Origin: Chrysomallon squamiferum
Lineage: Eukaryota > Animalia > Mollusca
DNA length: 64,000 nucleotides
Assembly (NCBI GenBank): GCA_012295275.1
Contig: CM022665.1
Span: forward strand, 10,788,001-10,852,000
Direction: 5' to 3'
Below, in pieces: positions 1 to 14,010 of the stretch (its first letter is position 1; each line of letters opens with the position of its first letter). The translations under genes and the position numbers were made by a program. The notes beneath the pieces were generated by a model. That model ran no database searches. It was not told the DNA's origin and saw only the letters and a list, made by a program, of their open reading frames with translations.

Positions 1-198
1 AGAATTCTTTCGTTAAGGGAGGCAGAGGGGATGGTTTGCCCGAAATTGTAAAAAAACAAGAAACAACAACAAGTATCAGTTTCTTCTTGCTTTGCCCAAA
101 TTTTCCCCTCAGTTACGCTCGAATTTGATAAGGCTTGTTGCCCCCTCCCAACCCTCTCAGCCCTTCTTTTCCCATGTTTTTTCAACTGATGTACGTAC

Positions 199-399
199 TG
201 TCATTATTATATGTTTCGACAAATGTGTTTGATTTCTCTTCAGCTTCACTGGGTCACTGTAACTGTATATAAGTGTTTCGTTGGTCTGTGCATTTGAATC
301 GATTTCGCTTGAAAATTGTCGATCCACCGAACTTGACACTCCCATGTACAGTAAACACAACCACGCTGCGCCCGCAATTTGATAGCAACGTCTACGCAT
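199..399 (-). CDS. Candidate first coding exon of a secreted or membrane protein (gene would continue beyond the left edge)
   Basis: MRRRCYQIAGAAWLCLLYMGVSSS looks like a signal peptide (basic N-region, hydrophobic core, small residues). NET and NQT sequons follow. A phase-0 donor ACA|GTACGT lies at 198-193, and an upstream polypyrimidine tract with CAG lies at about 425-455 on the minus strand. No homology recognised. Confidence 0.35.
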
Positions 400-587
400 C
401 TGGATAGCAACCTAGACAAGTTAACTGGGTGCAACGTTATAGAAAAGGAAAGGAATATTTATTTTTGATATCGTAGAACGGTGTTAGTCATACATATATT
501 ATTGTTATAGCAACGACACGTTTTGTCATGTAATATCCGTTGTTTTATTTCTTTGAATTTAATATAGCTAATGTATTGTGTGTGTAT

Positions 588-619
<32 letters not shown>

Positions 620-773
620 TGAGGTATCTGTATTTATATGTATGTAATATACGTTTGTATGTATGTAAGTATATAGTTTGATATATATATATAATATCTA
701 TATAATATGCAAATACCATGTATGACATATAAGTAAAATAATATGGAAAAGAAACGACGTTTTACTCTTAAAT

Positions 774-880
<107 letters not shown>

Positions 881-1390
881 AGCCCTCTTTATACACGCAT
901 TATAATATGTAGGTCAACGATGTTAACATCTCTACTCAAACTGAATTAGACTATTACGCACACAGCACTTACGACAGAAACTGAAGCAATAACGTAATAC
1001 CGCACGTTACCTAATAAAACACTTGAGACTAGACAAGTAGTTTATGACGATTATAGCTCAATTATTATGTCATTCGTTGAGATAATGAGTGGTCACGTGA
1101 CTATAAAATGAACTTTATTTTCGGACTACAGAGAAAATATAATATGAAGTAAAGGTCATTCGGAAATTTATTTTATTCATTTATTTATTTATTTTGTTAT
1201 TATTGTTGTTGTTGGTGTTGTTGTTTTATTTTTTATTTTTTTTTAAACAGTATCTAAAACAGAGCTAATATACTCTAGAATCTTTAGAACCTCAATTCGA
1301 TTTCTGCAGCTCTTTTTTATTTTATTTTATTTTTATTTTTATTTTTGTTTTTATTTTTTTTACTTTTTTCACTTTTTTTTTTTTTTTTTC

Positions 1391-1447
1391 CAGACGCCAC
1401 ATAACCGTAAATAAAATGCTTTTAGTGCGTCGTTAAATAAAACATTA
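1391..1447 (+). mobile_element. 3' tail fragment of a gastropod-type tRNA-derived SINE
   Basis: GACGCCACATAACCGTAAATAAAATGCTTTTAGTGCGTCGTTAAATAAAACATT matches, from memory, the 3' end of an abundant gastropod SINE (GACGCCATATAACCGTAAATAAAATGTGTTGAGTGCGTCGTTAAATAAAACATT). It partly resembles the reverse complement of 11596-11620. Confidence 0.55.
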
Positions 1448-2194
1448 AATTTTTTCTTTTTAAATTCTTTTTTTTATTGTTTTCTTTTATGCTTTTTATT
1501 TATCATTTAAAATCTTTTTTATCATAATTTTTTTTCTTTCATTCTTTTTCACACTTTATTATTTTTTTTTTCTTCTTTTACTTTTTTTTTTCTTCCTTTA
1601 TTTTTCTTTAAATTTTAAAAGTATTATTTCTGTGTTCAGCCCTATAGGTGACCGATAACAATGATTAAGCTGGAGGGTATAATTTATTTAGATATCACAT
1701 TTGCAGGTATTATTATTACGAGAAAGTAAATTTCATATTGAAGTTACAAAATTAAAGACATTCAATATATACTAATCAGCAACTGTCAGTCTACGACTTT
1801 GCTTTGCAAATTAAGTCGATTTCATCTATTACAAAATGTGAGAAGCCTGTTTCTCCAAAATGTCTACAGGCGGCAACATCAAAGTGCAAGGTAGGTTATC
1901 TTACCTGATACGATAGAACAGGTAACAAGAAATAACGGGAAATGATATGCAATGGGGGGAAAAGTTAATAATTATTAAATGAAATTATACTGGCAGCTAC
2001 AGGTAATGTAAATAACACTTTTAAAATATTAATTTGTGAAGGGGGGAGGTGCGAGAGTTACTGCTTTTTGGTTGTTGTTTTTTTTTTTTTTTTTTTTTGT
2101 TTGTTGTTGTTTTGTATTTCTGTTAGTTCTTTTTTTTCTTCTTCTTCTTCTTCTTTTTTCCTCAGTTTTTTATTAGTATTTTTTTATTACTGTC

Positions 2195-2234
<40 letters not shown>

Positions 2235-2839
2235 TATTTATATTTATATTTATATTTGTATCTGTCAATCTATCTCTCTGTTATTATTTAATTTTTTCTT
2301 GGCATTTTCGTGTAGTTAAATGGTATTAATTTTTTTAATAATTTTATTTCATAAATTTACATAGCTTTATTTTTATTTTTATTTTATATTAAATTTTATT
2401 TATTTTATTTCATTTTTATTATCATATTTCATTTTTATCATCATATTTTATTTTGTTTACATTCATTGTTCATTGTTCCTTTTTGTTTTATTTAATTATT
2501 ATTATTTTACTTATTTTTGTTTAATTTATATGTGACATTTTTAACTGAAAAATATATTTGATTTTGGAAATACAATACAGCCGGTATATGTTTCCAAACC
2601 TATTAATTACAACATTTTTATTGATTTTATATGATCATTTTACCGTTTGTTCGGAAACTATTTTTTTATTAGAGGCTGGATAAAACATTCAGAAGACTGT
2701 AAGTTGCATGTTCTTGTTAATGTTAGATATTGGGACAAGCTGTAATTCAAAATTCAATAACAAGTATTGTTACAGGTTCGAATATTACACACACGAACAT
2801 ACAGAAAAACATACATTTTCGCATACATACACAGATACG

Positions 2840-3027
<188 letters not shown>

Positions 3028-3659
3028 GATGGATGTACGATTGGACAATTCATCGATTCTATTTATCTACATATGTATGGTCGGATCAATGAACGTATGT
3101 ATGAATGTATGTGTGTAAGAATGCATATATGCATGCATGCATTTATGATATGTATGCATATATGCACGATATACGATTCGACGGATGTATGTATTTATCT
3201 GTATATGTATTAACAGATCGATATATGTGTACATGTATGCATGTATGCACTTGTATGTCTGTGCGTACGTACGTATATGTGTATCTTAGTATGTATTCTT
3301 ACTATTATTTGGTCGAATTAAGCGATTTAATTATTTTTCCACAATTTCTAGATTTTATTGTCAGGTAATGTACTTACTTGATATGTATTAGTTTTTCATT
3401 TGTGCTGATTAAGTACGCCACGTAACGTTTCATACTATGACTTTATATACCATAACAACATGATAATACACCATAGTCTTAGCATCAGGTAATATCCGCA
3501 CTTTCGCTTAGAGAGATTTAATCTCAGATCCATTGTTCATAAGCTTGTAGTTCTACCATTAAAACGTCCAATCTGTCACTTACTGAGTCTTAAAATACAA
3601 ACTTTACTAGTGTGACAGATCCTACACGAGCACTTTTGAGTATTACTTCTTCAGTATTG

Positions 3660-3756
3660 TATACATACATACATACATACATACACATACAGACAGACAG
3701 ACATACATACATATCTACACAGACACACACACACACACACACACATACGCACATAA

Positions 3757-3828
<72 letters not shown>
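3660..3828. repeat. Compound (ATAC)n/(CA)n/(TA)n microsatellite
   Basis: Directly visible. Confidence 0.95.
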
Positions 3829-3831
<3 letters not shown>

Positions 3832-4351
3832 TATTAATATTATATTTATTTAACATTTTCATGATCTGGACCTACCAAGACCTTGACAAAAACAAGAGCG
3901 CTATCAAATAATTTAACAGGATGCGGCGACTGTATCAAATTGTCCAATCTACTCGACAAAGACTTAATATTTATCAAAAGTTGACGTACTCGCATTATTC
4001 TGTTGGCAGTTTTCTTAACATGGCAGTGACCGTGAAACAGTATCAGTGTTAGGAGATGAATCACCAGAGCAACAACAACAGCATGGCTCACCTATCTACT
4101 TGCCCGGCCCCCCGGGGAGTCCGGTGGTTTCGGTATTAAGGGACAAAAGGGTATCATTTACTGTGTCCGATGATGCGTGCTGTTCTCATCCATGGAGTCT
4201 GTTATTAGAGTAAGATTTTTGTTTTTTAACACATTTCCTTGTCAACTGGCGTATTTGTTATACTTAGTTTTTGATAGAGCTCAGATTCAAAGCGATTCAG
4301 GTGAGTGACAGTGATGATGTTGTTGTTGTTGATAATAATAAACTAGTTTTA

Positions 4352-4606
4352 ATAGTAGCAGTAGTAGTGGCAATAGCAGTAGTAGTGGCAGTATCAGTAG
4401 TAGTAATAGTTGTAATAGTAGTACCAGTTGTAATAATAGTAGCAGTGGTAGTGATGGTTGTAGTATTTAGTAGTAGTAGTTGTTGATTTATTAGTTTTAA
4501 TAGTAGTAGTGGTAATAGTAGTTGCAATAGTAGTAATAGTAATTGTTATAGTAGTTGTAATAGTAGTAAATTTAGTAGCAGTAATAATAATAGTAATAGT
4601 AGTAGT
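4352..4606. repeat. Degenerate (TAG/TAA)n trinucleotide tract
   Basis: Directly visible; explains the poly-V and poly-T pseudo-ORFs. Confidence 0.9.
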
Positions 4607-5256
4607 ATTATATACGTGTTTGTGTGTGTGTATTTATGTACATGTATGTACGTATCCTTCCATCTTTACCTAAATTCATACATCCATCTGTACATTCATC
4701 TTTTCATCCATACGTCCGACCCTCCTATCTGTTCAAATATACATCCATCTGTTTATTAACTTATTCGTTCAGCTGTCGTTTTCTATTAAGACCTGTTTGT
4801 ATGAAAAGAAATGTATTCTATGAATGAAATATCATTTCTGTGTACCTAGTGTACATATGCACTGATACAGAAACCCATTTATTAACATAGCTGATTATAT
4901 ACTTACTTGCACATGAAAGCGACACATTATGAACTAAGCAACCAAAGTTACGTTCATGACTACTTTAAATGTCATCACGTTAGTTGTTGTTTTTTTTGTT
5001 GTTTTTTTGTCATTGCACATACACACAATTACACAGACACCCAGACTGGGAAATTATCTGTAAACGTATGCACTGTCATGTCTACTGACGCGCATGTGCA
5101 TTTAGCATCTTTAGTAAAATTCAGTTATCCAAATAAAATAAAGATTATTTTGATAAAACCAGTATGATTTAGTTACATCAAAATCCTATTAAAATGATAC
5201 CTTAGACAATGACTTTGTATTTTTGGGCATAAATAAGAGAAACTATTTCTTCAAAA

Positions 5257-5291
<35 letters not shown>

Positions 5292-5904
5292 ATGTATTAC
5301 TGATACGTATAGAAAAAAATGTTTTATCTGGAACTGAAGTAAAATTATCGTGTTTAATTGACTGTATAAGAAACACTGAAATAATCAAACTGTCAAAGTG
5401 ACTGTGATTTGAACGATATCTTTTTCAAACCACAACTCTGCCAGCAACAGCTAAAATGAAAGATACCGTTTCCAAACTAGAATAAGAAATAAAAAAATTA
5501 AACAGTTCTCTGTGTAAAAGAAAAGAAGAAATTAATGTAAATTATCAAAGAGAAAAAGAAAACAAGAAAATGCTGTCTGTTGACATCTTCATGGTAATCT
5601 CAGTTGGCAAAAGTGTTTTCACCATTGCGTTTTATGGCTTCCTCTCTTGCGGCTGAAAAATGTACTTATTTATTATACACGTTTTATTTGTGCTTTACGT
5701 AAGCTATGCTGATCTCTCTAGTGTTATCTGAGAAGTAGTTAATTTTCGTAAATTGCTAATTTGGGTATACTGTGCTATTTTATTAACTACAGTACTTTGT
5801 GAATGGTATGTAAAACGGCGTGATACAGATTTTCAAATTATATATGTAATTTATCTATTCCTTTATTGTTATTATTATTATTATTAGTAGTAGTAGTACT
5901 AGCA

Positions 5905-5939
<35 letters not shown>

Positions 5940-6220
5940 TATTATTTATTTATTTATTTATTCATTTCTGTCTCTTTTTTTCTTTTATTCATTGGTTCTT
6001 GTTTATTTACATGCTTATTTGTTTAACATCCCTCTGTTATCATTATTATTATTAATATATTACAAATAATTTACTTGCGTTTTTCTAGTTTTTCTCATTT
6101 ACAAATTATATTATGAACTACGATCTTACAGACACAATTTTACTTACCTATCTCCAAAATTACCAATCTCTCTTTCTTAGTCTGTTTCTCTTTTTCCTAT
6201 CTGTCTGTCTCTACTTTTAT

Positions 6221-6259
<39 letters not shown>

Positions 6260-6459
6260 TATGTGCTATGTAAGACTGAGAAAAAATAGAAGTAGAGAGA
6301 TTGTCAGTCAGTCAGTATGGTTGTGTGTATGTGTGTGTGTTTATATATCTCTCTATATATATCTCTCTATATATATATCTCTATATATAATCTATCTACC
6401 TATCTGTCTGTCTGACTGTCTCTGTCTCTGTCTCTGTCTCTGTCTCTCTCTGTATCTCT

Positions 6460-6508
<49 letters not shown>

Positions 6509-7296
6509 ACATACACAAACACGTACACACATATACCGATTTATTAAAGTACATAATTTTCGCAGCATTACCATCATTAAAAGGACGCCAAAAACGAAAT
6601 AACAAATAATTTACTTAATACTCTAAACAGAGACAGTCCACTTTGATGCTTTGTCAGTTATAAATCGCAACGTGTACAAAATGTCAGAAGATAATATAAC
6701 ATATTATATGTTAGCAATTATCTACATTTGGCGACCGAGAGTTTTTTGTAACAACACAGACAAAATTGAAAAAAATGGTCTGGTATCGTTATTTTTCGTT
6801 ATTTAAAATAACATTACGTGACTTAAATTGATCCATTATTATTTTGCCACGGTTGGAAATCTGAGAGCAGAAGACATCATGTTACAGTATGTATTTAGTG
6901 TACATTGATGTGTTGCGCAGGTAGACAGAGAGTACTTCCTAAATGGTAATGGTAATATGTATATACGTATGTATGTGTTAATGTATGTAGGAGTGTATGT
7001 CTGTATTTTGTGTGTGTTTGTTTGTATGCATGTATGTATCAGAAGAGTGTGTGTGTGTTGTGTGTGTATGTGTATTGTGTGCGTATATTTATGTGTGTAT
7101 ATGTGTCTGTGTGTGTCTGTGTATTTATGGATGGATAGGCTGATGAATGGATGGATCCATATACGTTCATGGGTTCGTTTATTTTATTTTTGAGTCCGTT
7201 TATTTATAGGTTTATTTATTTATTTATCCAGCCTCTCTCCATATCTATTATCTACAATTGCATCTGACCATCTGTCTGTCTGTCTATCTATAGATC

Positions 7297-7302
<6 letters not shown>

Positions 7303-7360
<58 letters not shown>
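7303..7360. repeat. (TG)n microsatellite
   Basis: Directly visible. Confidence 0.97.
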
Positions 7361-7361
<1 letters not shown>

Positions 7362-7643
7362 ATGTGTGTAAAGCGCTTATGTCGTTGCGCCCTTAATATA
7401 TATATATATATATATAGATATAGATCTAAACGAAATAAGCGTCATTTCGATCAAAATTTAATCCTGGCACAAAAGGAATCTACGATAGGTTTTCACAATA
7501 TCGTGAACCACTGTCAAAACTGTCATTTGTGATCATAAAGTTTAAAATAAAAGCACGCCTACAAAAGAATCCCCACATGACAGCACAGCCTTTTTAGAAA
7601 ACAATTTACTATAAAGCTTGATGAAAATTACTCCTTAACAAAA

Positions 7644-8129
7644 ATGGAGTTTTCTTCCCAGAAGGGTCAGTTGCATAAATCTGTGGATGGATTCATTTAT
7701 CGTTTTGACAGAAACTTATGCAATGGAAATGGTTCTTGACACTGTACATCAAAAAAATGTCCAGGTTGGATATATTTGAACAATATCAGGTGACAAATGT
7801 AATAATGCACAATCACGTACCAAATGTGGCTGACATTGAAGTGAAGCAGTGTCTATCTACAATTCAACAGAGATCTGCAACTTCTTGCAATATACCGTCA
7901 CTTTTGATTCAGCAGCAGTAGGCTGTTGCTGAACTTCCGAAATATACATCCACTCAAAGAGCGAAAAAGGAAGTTGAATGGTGAACCTGTGCCGAATCCA
8001 AGAACTGTCAGTGAAATCGACATTCCAGAAATTCTGGAAAAAACTTTTAGAGGAGACAAATTTTTGCTACATGACTCCGTTGCAGATGACCCTGAAAGAT
8101 TCTTCATCATTGGAACTAATGTTTCTTAA
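7644..8129 (+). mobile_element. Decayed FLYWCH zinc finger plus N-terminal part of a Mutator-like (MULE) transposase
   Basis: From ATG 7644: MEFSSQKGQLHKSVDGFIYRFDRNLCNGNGS*HCTSKKCPG, with TGA at 7737-7739 where the FLYWCH Trp is expected. After a frameshift comes ...MHNHVPNVADIEVKQCLSTIQQRS (HxH). Then RKRKLNGEPVPNPRTVSEIDIPEILEKTFRGDKFLLHDSVADDPERFFIIGT, typical of the pre-DDE segment of animal FLYWCH-MULE transposases. The catalytic domain is absent. Confidence 0.75.
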
Positions 8130-8202
8130 ATAATAATTAAAATTATAATAACAATGTTTTATTGTCGGCGCGCTTTTATCTTGCTCGCTTGTGTCATCCC
8201 AC

Positions 8203-8315
<113 letters not shown>

Positions 8316-8776
8316 CTGCGTCTTTCTGTCTCTTTCTCTTTCCCTCTATCAGGGATTTTTCGAATAACGTAATACAGTATTTATATCTTTTTGCACTTTA
8401 TCTGATTTCGTATAATTGAGAATAATGGAAATTGTATCATTATTAATGGACTTTCGAAGGAGAGATTTATGATTCCCGCTGTTTTATTACCGTTATTAAT
8501 ATAACGTTATATGTGATGTATGAACCTATGGTTTACTTTTGTATATTAAAACTAGATAACACACAAGACTTAACGAATTACGAGTTTGAAGACCTTTTTT
8601 AATTAAATTATTATAATTATTTATTATTACTGTTGTTGTTGTTTTATTTTATTTTATTTTTTTATTATCGTTATTTGTCTTTTATTTCTTTCTTTTTGTT
8701 CTCCTTTATGAATTATTGTTATTATTATTATTATTATTATTTAAATTTTAAGTTTTAATCTTAAATTAATTAAATT

Positions 8777-8812
<36 letters not shown>

Positions 8813-11255
8813 GTATTATTATTATTTTTGCAATTCATTAATAATTTAGAATGTCTTTCAAAATTAATATTATCTTGAGTAGATAAACATTCTCAAAGTT
8901 TCCCCAAACTTCTCATCCTTATCTTTTGTCACATCTCAAAATGTTTCTGTCAACCTTTCTCTCTCTTTGTATGTCTGTCTATTTGTCTGTCTCTTTCGCT
9001 CTGTCTCTGACTCTGTGTTTTTTCCTCAGTCTGTTTTCATCGCTCTCTGCGTCCGTTTCTCTGTCTTTATATATCTGTCTGACTGTCTGTCTGTCTATCT
9101 ACCTATCTATCTATCTGTCTGTCTGTCTATCTATCTACCTATCTATCTATCTATCTATCTATCTATCTCTGTCTGTGTGTATGTGTATGTGTGTGTCTGT
9201 ATTTAAATATGTATATGTATACATATTTTTCTGTGTGTGTGTGTGTGTTTTTATAGATATATATACATACATACATATACATATATACGTGTGTGTGTGC
9301 ATATATAGAATTTCCTTTAAAAAAATTAAAAAAATAAAAGCTTCGCACATGACTGAGATACGGTTAAGACAGATAAGAAATACCTCAGTGGTCAATGATT
9401 CGCGTTTGTTTTTAAATTTATCTTACTTTGCTTTGAACATTCAAACATTAGGCACTGTAGATCTGAAAAGAACACAGGATAAAGATGTATCGTAAGTCTT
9501 TCTAGAGTACTTAACATAAAGACTGGATTGTATATGAACCATCTGCTTAAAATAAATTTGTTTCAAAACGTGTTATTTTTCTTATAATCGGTTACGTTCA
9601 CTTTAACCTGGATCTAAATATAAGCACTTTGAACAAAACAGGAACAGGTAATTTTATTTATTTGTTTACTTACTAGAATGAACTAATGAGTGAATGAATG
9701 AGCGGACAGGTGAACAAACGAACAAATGAATGAACGAACGAAACAATTAAGGAACGAATGAAAGAAAGAATTAACTAATGAGTAAACAGAAGAACTGATG
9801 AATAAAGGAAGAAAGGAAAAATGAATGAAGAAAAAATATGGGGATTAAAAAGAATAACTAAAAAAAAAAAACTACGAATGAATGAATACTATTCAAACAT
9901 GTCGATAGAAGAAAACACAAAACAAAATAGGATCTTGGATGTCAAACATTTGTTTATATAATTAAATAGTTACCATTTTATTTATTTATTTCTATCAAGT
10001 AACAGCCGCTTTACAACAAGGTATCATATGAAGGTAAAGTAAGTGTAAATATTATTTATTTATGTCCTGTTTGTTTTCATAACTGTGACCCGATCCTGAA
10101 ACTGAATTAATAAAGATTTTTTTTTTTCAAGATAAAATGTAGTTAGTTTGGTGTAATGTTTCAGTCCCTTTTTATCTGTCTGTTCTGACTGTCCTTCTCT
10201 CTGTATATGTATGTCCGATTGTTTGTCTGTCTGTCTGTTTGCCTTTCTCAATCTCTATACATACATACGTAGACACACATTCATCCACACATACATGCAT
10301 ACATACATATATACATACATGCACATTCATATACACACATTCATACATACACACGCATAATTATGTCTGGTCATCTATATCTGTGTCTGTACTTTTCTTT
10401 CTTTATTTCTTTCTTTCTTTCTTTCTTTCTTTCTTTATTTATTTATATACTTCTTTTCCTTCCCCCCCCCAATAATGTACTTTATGTTTATAGTACAGGG
10501 TGTATATGATTTTTCTCTAGATCTGTCTCTATCTCTGGAAATCTTTTCAGTATATTTATGTGGAAGGGGCTGAAATTTTACCTCGCACGATATGGCAATT
10601 CTCATGTTGATTATCTTGATAACTTCCAAGAGATTCTTCATGTGTTTCGCCCAATTTTACCTTCAAAGAAACACTTTTTGTTTCCACTATGTATGACTTC
10701 ACACTTCCATTATCAACACACCGGTGCCTTCACTCGACATCTGCCCTGATTTTAAATCAGTATCTCCCAACATGAAACATATGAGGGAATTTGCTCTATG
10801 TCTACAGGAGCTTGAAATAATTTTTAGAGAATTCTAAATATAACGTTTCTGTTATTTGGCTTAATGAGATGTAAACTATTACAATAAATCATAATGCCTA
10901 AGCTTATTTTATTTATTTGTCTATGGCAATCCAGAATCGAGATAAATATACTCCGCGGTAAAAGAAATGGAACGAAGTTACAATTACAATAAGGTAAAGA
11001 ATATTACGAAACATTGGGAATATATATATTCTGATTTTTAAAAAAGGAAAATAAATTTTTGTTGGGTAAGTTTGTTGGGCATTTTTATTGTAATTGTGAT
11101 TAGGGTTTTTTGTTTATTTGTTTGTTATCATTATTATATAGATACCATTATTAATCCCCCCCATAGCTTCATCCTAGTTTATATTAGAGCTCATAACTTC
11201 TTGAACATTTGTGTGGTTTATATATGTACCATTATGGACTGTACATCTTTGTGTG

Positions 11256-11287
<32 letters not shown>

Positions 11288-11465
11288 TGCGTGCGTGTGT
11301 GTGTGTTTGAGCTGTGTGTATTTATCTCTGTTTTATATGTATATATGTATGTGGTCGTATGCGTGCATGTACATAGATGTGTGAGAGACTTAATTTTTGG
11401 TGGCTAAACATTCTAAAGCTCTTCCTAAGACTCACTGTTTTGGGGTTTTTTTATATATATATATA

Positions 11466-11515
<50 letters not shown>

Positions 11516-11595
11516 GTTTACCAGACAAAGCACGTACGCTACAAATATGAGTATGTATATGTGTGTGTGAGTGTATGTGTACGTGTCAATTAATA

Positions 11596-11855
11596 TTTAA
11601 CGGTAACTCAACACACTGTAATATTATTTGATACATGTATACATTTCTTATATAATAAATTAAAAAAAAAGATTCTAGAGAGGAAACCCGCAACCATATT
11701 ACCGTTTGCTATAGTTATCGTTTAATAGCAAAGGATGTTTGTTAAATTCATTCTCCGTTAAACAGAAAAGCACTGGCTGGAACGGGAAATTGATGACTGA
11801 AGTTCATAATTTAGCACGGACCCTTCATGCCTGCTTGCTAACCACTGAACCCGAA
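11596..11855 (-). mobile_element. Degenerate, internally deleted tRNA-derived SINE copy
   Basis: Collinear blocks TTTAACG..ACTCAACACA, GAGAGGAAACCCGC, TAGCAAAGGAT, GCACTGGCTGGAACGGGAAAT and TAACCACTGA match the remembered reverse complement of the same SINE family. The last block reads TCAGTGGTTAG on the minus strand, which is tRNA A-box-like. Confidence 0.55.
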
Positions 11856-12233
11856 ACCGTTTCATTAATAATAAAGAGAATGAAATAAAATTACGTGTAT
11901 GTTATTTAGTCCTTCCTGTCTCTCTATAATCGATCGTATGCATGTAGGTATTATTTGCATGTTTATTTAGATTTCCATTTTCTAATGAATAACTGCACTG
12001 GTAAACTGTAAGTTGATAACGAAGATAGAGTAAGTAAATATGTAAATAAGTATGCGGCGTTATTAAAATTACTTATTTGGTAATAAAACCTAAAGTTTGT
12101 ATATATGTAAATAAGTATGTCATATCATAAAAATGTATTTATTAGTAAAGGTAATTCAGGTGAATATGCAAATGTATAATTATTATTCTACCTTAATAAA
12201 GTGACCGTAGTATCAGTTGCATAAAATAGATTT

Positions 12234-12291
<58 letters not shown>

Positions 12292-13122
12292 TAAAGACAA
12301 CAAAGTTATACAAATAAAAAAAGATGGTATATGAGTTATTCAGTACTCATATATAAATTGAAGTGATTCATTTATTCAAATATGATGCATAAAAATAAAC
12401 TGGTATTTAAAACTATGTAAACACGGTCTAGGTTTCATTATTATCATCATCATCATCATCATTTATTTTTATTATTTTATTGTATTTTTTATTTTTTTTA
12501 TTTACATTTTCTTTTTTTTTTTTTTTTTTTTTTTGGTCTTGAGAACAATATGTTCGCATGTTATTGACAATTACGTAATCAGCTACGCCATCTTAAAAAA
12601 CATGATGATGAATGCTTGTGAAAATCGATTTCTTTCCCTTTTTTAAAACTTCATTTTCAGAAGGAAAAAAACTAAAATAAAATCACGACTTTTTTCTTTA
12701 AAAAACCAAACAACAACCAAACACCAGCCATAAATGTATATTATTTTACAGTCGCATGGAAATTTGTAATTACTTCCTTTACCCAAAGAGTTCTGGCAGC
12801 TGCCACGGTATATCGTTACCACTTACAGACGCGGTAGCCTCTGCTTTTATTGGAAACAAGGATCTGGTTTCGACATTTTGAGGTATTATCTGCGCCAGTT
12901 CATGACAAAAAGGCCATCCTACTGCATTCTGAAACCTTACAAGTCTAGGCCATCTTGAAAAGAGGCTGCAACAAGCGGCAGCGCTGACATACAAAACCAA
13001 TGGGAAGCAGATATTATTATTGGAGAGAAACTGCAAGGAATAATGCAATTCGATCGGTGGAGTTTTTCTGATATCTGAGACGGCACACAAATGGGTAGTA
13101 CACAAATAGACACGGTGCTTAC

Positions 13123-13137
13123 ATGAAAAGAAACACG
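13123..13137 (+). CDS. SOBP: Candidate first coding exon of SOBP (MKRNT)
   Basis: ATG AAA AGA AAC ACG|GTGAGA has a good phase-0 donor compatible with the phase-0 exon at 19978. There is an in-frame stop upstream, and it lies in a CpG-rich promoter-like block. No homology support. Confidence 0.3.
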
Positions 13138-13761
13138 GTGAGACTTTCAGACTGACATTTCCAAGCTGAGGATTAAATTACCCAATTTTTCCTGCTCGCT
13201 GTGTTTGTTATGCTATTTATACGACACAAAATATTATCGCCAAATAAAAACCAATGTAGTAAAGACAGAGAGAGAGAGCCAGCCACAAACGGGCATAAAG
13301 TTCGTTAAAGTAATTTCCTTACGCAGTCGCCAACACCCAAGTCTGGTGGTGTAAGGTTTCATCTATTCCACTGCTCGTTGGTGCCCACTCCGGGAAGAAG
13401 ATCGGGTTTCTGCCAATTTTCTCGCTGAATCAATAATACTAGTGATTAATGCTATACTAAAGGACATCTGCTGGGTTCGTTATTTTCTATCAAGGTAGAG
13501 AGAAAAGCGATATCTCTGTCCTACGCTTTCTCTTGATACCCGACCTTTCCAAGTAACGGAAGGGCCTTGCGCAGGAAATGGGGCTTCTCTAATGTCGATA
13601 AGACTCTAAATGTAAGGCGTTCGACCGAACACGCGCAACTGAATGTCTGCTTGCGTTGCAAAGCTTTGAATTAATTTCGAATAAATTTGAAAGTTATGAT
13701 CATTTTTAAAAAGTGGAAAGCGGAAAGCTGAGAGCGTGTGTATGTGTGTGTGTGTTCAAGA

Positions 13762-14010
13762 TTGATGTATACAAATGAACGAGTTATTTATTAAGACATG
13801 TTGTATAAAATGAAGTGAGTTACTTAATCAGTAATGTTGTATAAAATGAATTCAGTTCCTTATTCAGTAATGATGTATAAAATGAAGTGTTATTTATTCA
13901 GTACTGGTTTATAAAAGAGAGTAAGCTATTTATTCATTAATGATGTATGAAATGGAGTGTTGTTCGTTTTATGTAGCACTGATGTACGAAATGAAGTGAG
14001 TTATTTAACT
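13762..14010. repeat. About 38-40 bp minisatellite, roughly 6 degenerate copies
   Basis: Recurring TGATGTATAAAATGAAGTGAGTTATTTATTCAGTAA. Confidence 0.85.

Noticed and set aside
1-156. TTGCCC(G/A)AA motifs with G-rich and C-rich ends, MITE-like
   Set aside because: Truncated by the window edge and too degenerate to define TIRs or TSDs.
3846-4091. Minus-strand ORF with a hydrophobic start (SHAVVVALVIHLLTLILF)
   Set aside because: It starts at GTG that is better read as a GTGAGC splice donor, and the hydrophobic run partly derives from a (GTT)n repeat.
7737-7739. In-frame TGA at the FLYWCH Trp position as recoding or an alternative genetic code
   Set aside because: It is accompanied by frameshifts and other stops, and TOLLIP uses TGA as its stop; simple pseudogenisation explains it.
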